Of a stretch of 32,698 nt of DNA, positions 25,559 through 32,698 are shown piece by piece. The notes under the pieces were generated by a model. That model searched no databases, was not told where the DNA came from, and saw only the letters and a list, made by a program, of their open reading frames with translations. Every line of letters starts with the position of its first letter. Position 1 is the first letter of the stretch. Both the position numbers and the translations under genes were made by a program. Source of the stretch: Octopus sinensis (taxonomy: Eukaryota); contig NW_021832776.1 of the NCBI RefSeq assembly GCF_006345805.1, positions 1 through 32,698 of the forward strand. The letters are read 5' to 3'.

Positions 25559-26576
25559 GTACTTGACAGTTCTCCTCTTATCTGAATGCTATTGAGATTA
25601 CACCATTCCTTAAACTGTTAAAACCAACCACAAGACATAACAGTCATTGAGGCAACTTCCACACCTTACTTCAACTGATTTAATAAATTCAACACCTCTT
25701 ACTGGGTAATGGCTTATGGTTCTAGAGAGTGATGCTGTAATATATCCACTGACATGCTTAACATTTTCCCCTTATATTTAATGATTTTACTGTGTCCATG
25801 TTCAGAAAGATTTGAATACAAAGATCTCACTTGAATTTTGTAAAGTAACTTTTAATTTGTCAATTTTTATTTGTTAATGGTTTTTAAAGTTGACAGTACA
25901 AGTGCTAATGATTCCGCAAGAACATTTTCTTCTCTTCCTTCTACTCTTTTTATTTGCTTTAGTATTGTATCCAATGATATTGCTTGATGCTTACACGACA
26001 TGATGGAATTAAGAAGAGTACTGAATTTTTTTTTTTCCAATTATTGTACTTTAAGAAATTAAGAAATTGCTATACAGGTGCTATGATACAGCACATTCGG
26101 ACACTCCAGAAACACAAAAACAAACTCAGTGTAACTAATTGATTGCATCTTTTAGTCACTTCAATAAAGCATTGAGAGGGTTTCCTGATAAGGAGGTTCT
26201 AATTTAAACAAGAAATTCTCAGGAAGGCCATGCAGCTAAAATTTTTTGTTATTTTATTTGTGAAATTGCTACAGTTTTAAGCTTTGGTATAATGAGGTTT
26301 CTTTCACAGGGCTACTGTAAAATACGAGGCATTGGTGTGTGTTTGTGTCTGTAAACTTATATATATCTGGATCTGTGTGCATGCAGATAGCTGGGAAGAT
26401 AGGTGGACAAAGAATCACATACAACAAACATAAGTACAGATAGATGGAGGTAGGAATTAAAATTAATAAACAATGTAGTTGTGGATATATACATATGTAT
26501 ATGTATGTATAAATAGATAGACAGACAGACAAGTACTGGCAAGGTTGTCTTGTAACAGGTTTGTTTCTCAACTACG

Positions 26577-26700
26577 TTATTTCAGGTTCAGCCCCACAGT
26601 ATGTCAACATGGGAAAGGGTCTTCTACTATAGACATAGTAGTGACCAGAGCCTTGTGAGTGGATTTACTAAACAGAAACTGAAAGAAGCTTCTTATATAT
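26577..26700 (+). mobile_element. SINE family E, 5' half
   Basis: GGTTCAGCCCCAC..GTCTTCTACTATAG..CCTTGTGAGTGGATTT..GAAACTGAAAGAAGC. Confidence 0.75.
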
Positions 26701-27375
26701 CATCATCATCATCATCATCATTTAACGTCCGCTTTCCATGCTAGCATGGGTTGGACGGTTCAACTGGGGTCTGGGGAGCCCGAAAGCTGCACCAGTCCAG
26801 TCAGATCTGGCAGTGTTTCTACAGCTGGATGCCCTTCCTAACGCCAACCACTCCGAGAGTGTAGTGGGTGATTTTATGTGCCACCGACACAGGTGCCAGA
26901 CGAGGCTGACAAACGGCCACGCTCGGATGGTGTTTTTTTTTATGTGCCACCGACACAGGTGCCAGACGAGGCTGGCAGACGGCCACGCTCGGATGGTGTT
27001 TTTATGTGCCTCCGACACAGGTGCCAGACGAGGCTGGCAGACGGCCACGCTCGGATGGTGTTTTTTGTGCCACCGACACAGGTGCCAGACGAGGCTGGCA
27101 GACGGCCACGCTCGGATGGTGTTTTTATGTGCCACCGACACAGGTGCCAGATGAGGCTGGCAAACGGCCACGATCGGATGGTGCTTGTTACGTGCCCACA
27201 GCACGGAGGCCAGTCGATGCGGTACTGGCTACGGCCACGTTCGGATGGTTTTCTTATGTGCCACGTGCCACCGGCACTGGTACCACAAAGATACAAATTC
27301 CATTGATGTTCATCTATTTTGATTTGTTTTGATTTGATTTGATTTTCACTTGCCTCAACAGGTCTTCACAAGTGT

Positions 27376-27378
<3 letters not shown>
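26701..27378 (-). mobile_element. Family F retroelement copy with (ATG)n tail and internal tandem array
   Basis: Reverse complement ends GGCGTTAGGAAGGGCATCCAGCTG..AACCCATGCTAGCATGGAAAGCGGACGTTAAA(TGA)n. The same end is seen at 32340-32503, 32633-32698, 25447-25558, 7135-7245 and 12500-12690. An RTE-type LINE tail is inferred only. Confidence 0.8.
26877..27270. repeat. GC-rich tandem array, 61-66 bp period
   Basis: Units start at 26877, 26943, 27005, 27066 and 27128 (near identical: TGTGCCACCGACACAGGTGCCAGACGAGGCTGGCAGACGGCCACGCTCGGATGGTG + T-run), 27191 (divergent) and 27257 (partial). Confidence 0.95.
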
Positions 27379-27404
<26 letters not shown>

Positions 27405-27406
<2 letters not shown>

Positions 27407-27554
27407 ACAATTGCAGCGTGGAAGGTGTTTATAAGCCATTTAAGAAACACACAAAAGCCGTTCGATTCACTTCAACATTTAAGTTTAATTTGTCAAAATA
27501 TTTTCGTCGCTAAAATCCACGACCTGTTCACTGACAAAGTCCGTGCTGCATCTC
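27405..27554 (-). mobile_element. Short hammerhead-bearing element inserted in (TA)n
   Basis: 150 bp of complex, CpG-containing sequence bounded on both sides by pure (TA)n and containing the G3-C8 hammerhead motif. Confidence 0.55.
27489..27538 (-). ncRNA. Minimal type I hammerhead ribozyme motif with G3-C8 swapped core
   Basis: Minus strand reads UUUGUCA-GUGAACA-G-GUCG-UGGAUUUUAG-CGAC-GAA-AAUAUU-U-UGACAAA. This gives a perfect 7-bp stem I, core GUGAACA (CUGANGA with C3 and G8 exchanged), a 4-bp stem II, GAAA, a palindromic stem III (AAUAUU) and predicted cleavage after U at 27496. Confidence 0.7.
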
Positions 27555-27605
27555 ATATATATATATATATATATAAAATAATAATAATAATAATAGATAA
27601 ATGTT

Positions 27606-27846
27606 CCCTTTTAAAGCCTAGCTAGGTTCATGGGCCCAGTATCCCGGTTTCTATGGCATGTGTGTTCCCCAGCTGGATGGGATGCCAATCCATCAAAGCA
27701 TTACTCATTTTTGCCAGCTGAGTGGACTGGAGCAACATGAAATGAAGTATTTTGCTCAAGAACACATGTCGCCCGGTCCAGGAATCGAAATCACAATCTT
27801 ACAATCATGATGCTGACACCCTAACCACTAAGCCACGAGCCTTCAC
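27606..27846 (-). mobile_element. tRNA-derived SINE, family C
   Basis: Reverse complement has the same head and core as families A and B (GGCTTAGTGGTTAG, TTGAGCAAAATAC, TTGCTCCAGTCCACTCAGCTGG), then an unrelated tail. Confidence 0.8.
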
Positions 27847-28164
27847 TATATATATATATATATATAATCTAAGCAATAAAATGCTACTGTTGGAATTTTG
27901 AACCATACTTGTGGTCTTCATTATATGTATGCTACACTTGGAACCAATCTTGGGTCAGTTCTACAGTTTATATTGGATTTAGTACCTATGTGCATATGTA
28001 TGTGAGTGTGAGTGTGTTTATGTATATGTGCATATGTGTGTATGTGTATTTACATATATATTTTTCGCTGAGGCATTACTATACATCATCTCATAGCAGA
28101 AACAGCTGTAAGTCAATGAATTTCTTAAGACAATCATTTATTCCATTGGTATGTATTTTCGTGT

Positions 28165-28484
28165 GGCTCACATGGCTCAGTGGTTAGAGCATCGAGCTTA
28201 CGATTGTGAGGTTGTGAGTTCGATTCTCAGACCGGGCTGCAAGACACTTTATTTCACATTGCTCCAGTTTACTCAGCTGTAGAAATGAGTTATGACGTCA
28301 CTGGTGTCAAGCTGTATCGATCGGCCTTTGCCTTTCCCTCGGATAACATCAGTGGTGTGGAGAGGGGAGGTTGGTATGCATGGGCAACTGCTGGCCTTCC
28401 ATAAACAACCTTGCCCGAACTTGTACCTCAGAGGGAAACCTTCTAGGTGCAATCCCATGGTCATCCATGACCGAAGGGGATCTC
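28165..28484 (+). mobile_element. tRNA-derived SINE, family A
   Basis: TGGCTCAGTGG and GAGTTCGATTC boxes. Same body as 4485-4817 with a short deletion after the B box. Confidence 0.85.
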
Positions 28485-28725
28485 CCATTCCCCTATAGAT
28501 TTTCTCATATATATGTATATGTGGGCAGGGGGTGTACATACTTACAGTATCCTACCAACAACTGACAACTAAAGGTTGTTTTACCCAAATTTGAGCTCAA
28601 TACTAAGTACCTAGCCACTGCTGACATCCTACTTATTGATATACCTAGATTCTTATGAATCCTGTAACTGATCACTATATATGTGTGTGTGTGTGTGTAT
28701 ATGAATGTATTTATTTATATGCATA

Positions 28726-28758
<33 letters not shown>

Positions 28759-28762
28759 GTAT

Positions 28763-29110
28763 ATAAATGAAAGAATGGAGTCGAACGACGATTTTGCTCT
28801 TCATGGTGCTGACATAAGTTCCTTGTCTTTCCTGATGAGATGGCGGCATAATGCACCCTTTATTCCTTCAGAATTAGGAATATGCACCCTTCGAAACATG
28901 TGTCGAGAGTAAAGGAATTTTGTTAAAATCGTCGTTCGACTCCATTCTTTCATTTATTCATAGTTAAAAAAAACACACAAATTTACACACGAGAACACGG
29001 GATCCCTGCCCTTGGCATATAGCTTCAACTGTGTTTTCTGATGTGAATTTGCTACCCAGGTATCGGTTAACCGAATTATCCATACTAGGATAATTCATTC
29101 ACCTTCTTAA
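28763..29110 (+). mobile_element. Hammerhead-bearing fold-back element, probable Penelope-like pLTR or retrozyme fragment
   Basis: Perfect 33-bp inverted repeat (28763-28795 / 28925-28957) enclosing the hammerhead. CpG-rich, embedded in TA/TG microsatellite. The PLE assignment is inference from the minimal hammerhead with palindromic stem III. Confidence 0.6.
28811..28924 (+). ncRNA. Type I hammerhead ribozyme motif with extended stem I and long stem II
   Basis: CUGAUGA at 28832-28838 and GAAAC at 28893-28897. Palindromic stem III ACAUGU, GUC triplet with cleavage after C28904. Stem I: CUUUC/GAGAG plus UUCCUU/AAGGAA, extendable to GACA/UGUU. Stem II: GAUGG..GCAUA/UAUGC..CCUUC with inner hairpin AUUCCU/AGGAAU. 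Confidence 0.75.
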
Positions 29111-30229
29111 ATATATATATATATATATATATGAATGTATGTATGTATTTATTTATCTATATGCATATGTGTGTGTATATTATATATATATATATATATA
29201 TATTATTTACATGCAAACACAGATAAGTGGCAGAGATGATTAGATTGATCAATAGATCAAGCAGCAGTGAAAAAAAAATCAATATGAAAAAGGTATGTGG
29301 TGACAGTATAAACACCACAACATCACTTCACTCATTTTCACATACATCACACTATCCCCATCGCCACCTTTGTTAACAAACTCGCCACCATCACAGCTTC
29401 TGTGTCCACTGCCACGATACCAATACCACCACCACCACCAACGCAGTACACCCACACAACTCCACACTCATACAACATCACATTGATGCAACATTCCACC
29501 TCACCATTACCAATAAAACAATGAACATTCTAGCAAGATAAATGGAATATGTTGAAAAGTTATTTCCACATTAAGTATTAGCAATAACCTCATTAAATAT
29601 AAATATGACCAGTGTGAGCAATGAGTGCTACAGTCTCTCTCTCTCTCTCTCTCTCTCTGTCCGTTTGTACGTCTGTATGTCTGTCTGTCTGCCAGTCTCC
29701 CCCCCTCTGTCTCTGTCTCTCTCTCTCTCTCTCTTTCTCCTGAAATATAAATTTGACCAGCATGAGTAGCTTGTTCTTTTGAGCTTCTCTCTTCTTTCTC
29801 TCTTTCTTACTCTCCCTCTCTATGTCTCTTTCTGTCTCTGTCTGTCTGTCTCTCTCTCTCTCTCTTTCTATAATTATATATATATCTGTGTGTGTATATA
29901 TATGTGCATGCATGTGTGTGTATATATGTATGTGCATGCATGAGTGTGTATGTGTGTGTGTGTGTGTGTGTGCGGGTATGCACATGATGTCTGAGTAAGA
30001 CGCATTCCATCAAAGCTGCTCTCTACTAAAGTAATGATAGCTTTATATCTTTACAAACACACACCCATACATGCATGCATATATACACAAACACATACAT
30101 GCACACATGGAGGGAAACAGACTGAAGATATATAAATAGATAAATGGATAAAAAGATAGATAGATTGATAGACTGTCTATATTATAAACACAATATCTAG
30201 GTACGTATACATAAGTTAAGTGAATCTGT

Positions 30230-30277
30230 GTGCATGTATGCACACACACACACATATATATATGTATACACACGCAC

Positions 30278-30345
<68 letters not shown>

Positions 30346-30580
30346 GCATATATATATACACACACCAACATACATCATATATATGTACATGTGTGCATGT
30401 ACATATATATTATATATATATATATGTATATGTATGTATATGTCTATATATATAAATATGCACATACCACACAGATATATATTCACACATATATACACAC
30501 ATACATACATACATGCACACACACACACACACAGACATATATATATACATTCACACACTTATGTATGTATAATGTATGAA
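30230..30580. repeat. Compound CA/TA microsatellite
   Basis: Directly visible. Confidence 0.95.
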
Positions 30581-30669
30581 TGTTAGGAAAAAAATCAATA
30601 GTAAATATTTTAAACTATTTGAAACTGCTCAGCTGCCATTAATAGTGAGATGTGTAAGCTAGGAGCACA

Positions 30670-30904
30670 CTGATGTTGGTGATGGTGTGGTGGTAGTGGT
30701 GGTGGTGGTGGTGGTGGTGGTGGTCGTGGTGGTGATGGCAGTAATGGTGGTATTTTAGAGAAATGTTGCTTCTTCTGCTACTGTTGTTGTTGTTGTGGCT
30801 GTTGCTGTTGTTGTTGTTGTTGTTGTTGCAGCTATTGCTTTTGTTATTGCCTTCGTTGTTGTCATAGTTGTTGTTGAAGCACTCACAGCTTCTTCTATCA
30901 CCAT

Positions 30905-30962
<58 letters not shown>

Positions 30963-31001
30963 GTCATTATCATCATCACCATCATCATCATTATTATTTT
31001 T

Positions 31002-31045
<44 letters not shown>

Positions 31046-31119
31046 TATCATCATCACCATCATCATTATTATTATTTTTATTATCATCATCACCATCATC
31101 ATCATCATCATCATCATCA

Positions 31120-31160
<41 letters not shown>

Positions 31161-31205
31161 GAGTAGTAGTATTATTGCTGTTGTTGCTGTTGTTGTTGTT
31201 GTCGT
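30670..31205. repeat. (GGT)n, (GTT)n and long (CAT)n tracts
   Basis: Directly visible. Confidence 0.95.
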
Positions 31206-31404
31206 TTGTGGTGGTTGTAGACTGCGGGGTCTTTTGTTACGGAATGTTGTACTAACAACGTTTCACTTGCAACACACACATGCACACACACTCACACACT
31301 CACACACACATACACAACACACACACACACACATACACATGTGCTCACACACACTGTTGTAGAACGGCAGGAATTAGTAGCAATATCGCTGCGAATGCCA
31401 TTAT

Positions 31405-31423
31405 TGCTTCTTCTTCCTTTCTC

Positions 31424-31471
<48 letters not shown>

Positions 31472-31965
31472 TTAACCCTGTCTTTTTCTCTCTCTTACTT
31501 TCTCTCACTCTCTCTATCTCTCTGTCTATTTTATATTTACTCTGATCTTCCCTCCACTTTTCTCTTTTCACCCTCTCCTTTCATCCTACACTTCTCTCTC
31601 CTCTCCTACCCCTCTCACCGTCTCTTTACCACTTCCTTCTACTTCCTTACTCTCTCTCTTTCTTTCACTGTCTGTAGTGTTTACTCTTACTCTTTCTTCC
31701 AACTCTCCTTGTCCCCTCTCTGCTTCTCTCTTTCTCTGTCTACTATTTCATCTTATTCTTCTCTCTAATCCACCCTCCACTCTCTGTCTTTTTCTCTCCT
31801 CTGATTCCTTTCCTCTTTATTGCTTTCTGTCTGTCTACCTCGAGAATTTACCCTCTCTTATTACTCTTTCTTCCACTCTCTCTCTCTTTCTCTACTCCCC
31901 ACTACCTTTCTCTGTTTCTATCTGTCTATCTATCTCTACTACTTACTCTTACTCTTTCCCTCCAT
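31405..31965. repeat. CT-rich polypyrimidine tract
   Basis: Directly visible. Confidence 0.9.
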
Positions 31966-32339
31966 TTTCCATGTTCTGTGATTAAATCCCAAACCAAGGA
32001 TTTAATTCTTACTGTAATCCTTTCAAAATATCATTGACATAATTTGATGGAATGTGTACCAGTAATATACTGGGGAAAAAGGGGGAAGCCTTGGGGGTAA
32101 TAATCCTCCACAATAATTACAAACACAACCACTAGGCATAAGACAATAATACAACTTATAAAGAAACATTTCATCTGCTAGAAAAAGCAGTAAAATATTC
32201 CTCAAATCACAGAGTTTTATCTTTAAAAATGAAATTACACATTGGAGAACATAAAATTATAGACAGTTTGTCTTTGAAACATTGAATGAGGTGTTCACAG
32301 CTAGGACATTAATATATGTTTAGTTATGACTATGTATAT

Positions 32340-32503
32340 GGAGTGGTGGGCGTTAGAAAGGGCATCCAGTTGTAGAAACTCTGCCAGATCAGATTGGAGT
32401 ATGGTGCAGCCATCTGGCTTGCCAGTTCTCAGTCAAACTGTCCAACCCATGCCACCATGGAAAGCAGACGTTAAACAATGATGATGATGATGATGATGAT
32501 GAT
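32340..32503 (+). mobile_element. Family F 3' end with (ATG)n tail
   Basis: GGCGTTAGAAAGGGCATCCAG..CCAACCCATGCC..GACGTTAAAC(ATG)n. Confidence 0.85.
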
Positions 32504-32632
32504 ACATTCATATATATTTATAAATATATATATGTATGTATGTATATATGTATATATATAGTGTACATATATATATATATATTATATATATATATATATA
32601 TAATAGATATATATATATATATATATATATAT

Positions 32633-32698
32633 ATCATCATCATCATCGTTTAATGTTCACTTTCCATACTGGCATAGGTTGGATGGTTTGGCTGAGGA
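32633..32698 (-). mobile_element. Family F 3' end (cut by window edge)
   Basis: (CAT)n-CGTTTAATGTTCACTTTCCATACTGGCATAGGTTGGATGG. Confidence 0.8.

Larger units (their letters stand above)
23708..26001 (-). pseudogene. pogo/Tigger (CENP-B/TIGD-like) DDE transposase pseudogene
   Basis: Hand translation across frameshifts and stops gives motifs in correct order: MSCKHQAISLDTILKQIKRVE (HTH), SCGWF*QFKEW..IRGE (CENP-B HTH), VDK*GIS*K (DETG region), DHLTSL*GANVTGDLKVKTLLVY..PRVLK, FTE*F, ILLLDNLPGYP, FL..N..SV/DQDVI, IVEMAQGVGFKE, ENDLNFEWS..CYRKE. Confidence 0.85.
23438..26317 (-). mobile_element. Fossil pogo/Tigger-family (Tc1/mariner superfamily) DNA transposon
   Basis: Degenerate transposase inside. 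Candidate TIRs TA|CAGTATATCCCTGTG (23438) and TA|CAGTAGCCCTGTG (reverse complement ending 26317) with TA flanks. The boundaries are less certain than the ORF. Confidence 0.7.

Noticed and set aside
26722-27332. CRISPR-like array or repeat-protein ORFs (138-160 aa)
   Set aside because: The units are contiguous with no unique spacers and no cas genes. The ORFs are translations of the tandem array in several frames.
30043-31985. ORFs up to 173 aa
   Set aside because: All derive from CA/TA, (CAT)n and CT repeats.

Overview
AT-rich eukaryotic, apparently intronic or intergenic DNA packed with microsatellites and short interspersed repeats. The repeat families and simple-repeat density look like a coleoid cephalopod, most likely Octopus (recognition from memory, not a database result). 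No intact host gene is supportable. Nearly all ORFs in the supplied track are translations of simple repeats or SINEs. Supported content: (1) three hammerhead-ribozyme motifs in short elements lodged in (TA)n tracts. One is a type I hammerhead with a swapped G3-C8 core pair (27489-27538, -), one closes a long fold-back with a perfect 33-bp inverted repeat (28763-28957, +), and one is a 5'-truncated remnant (about 21311-21347, -). These resemble Penelope-like element (PLE) or retrozyme ribozymes. (2) A near full-length fossil pogo/Tigger transposon (23438-26317, -) carrying three nested insertions. (3) Several tRNA-derived SINE families, three sharing one head and core but with different tails. 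(4) A repeat family with an (ATG)n tail, one copy carrying a GC-rich ~62-bp tandem array. (5) Three MITE-like fold-back elements. (6) A ~100-bp inverted copy of 8072-8168 inserted into a SINE at 11522-11624.
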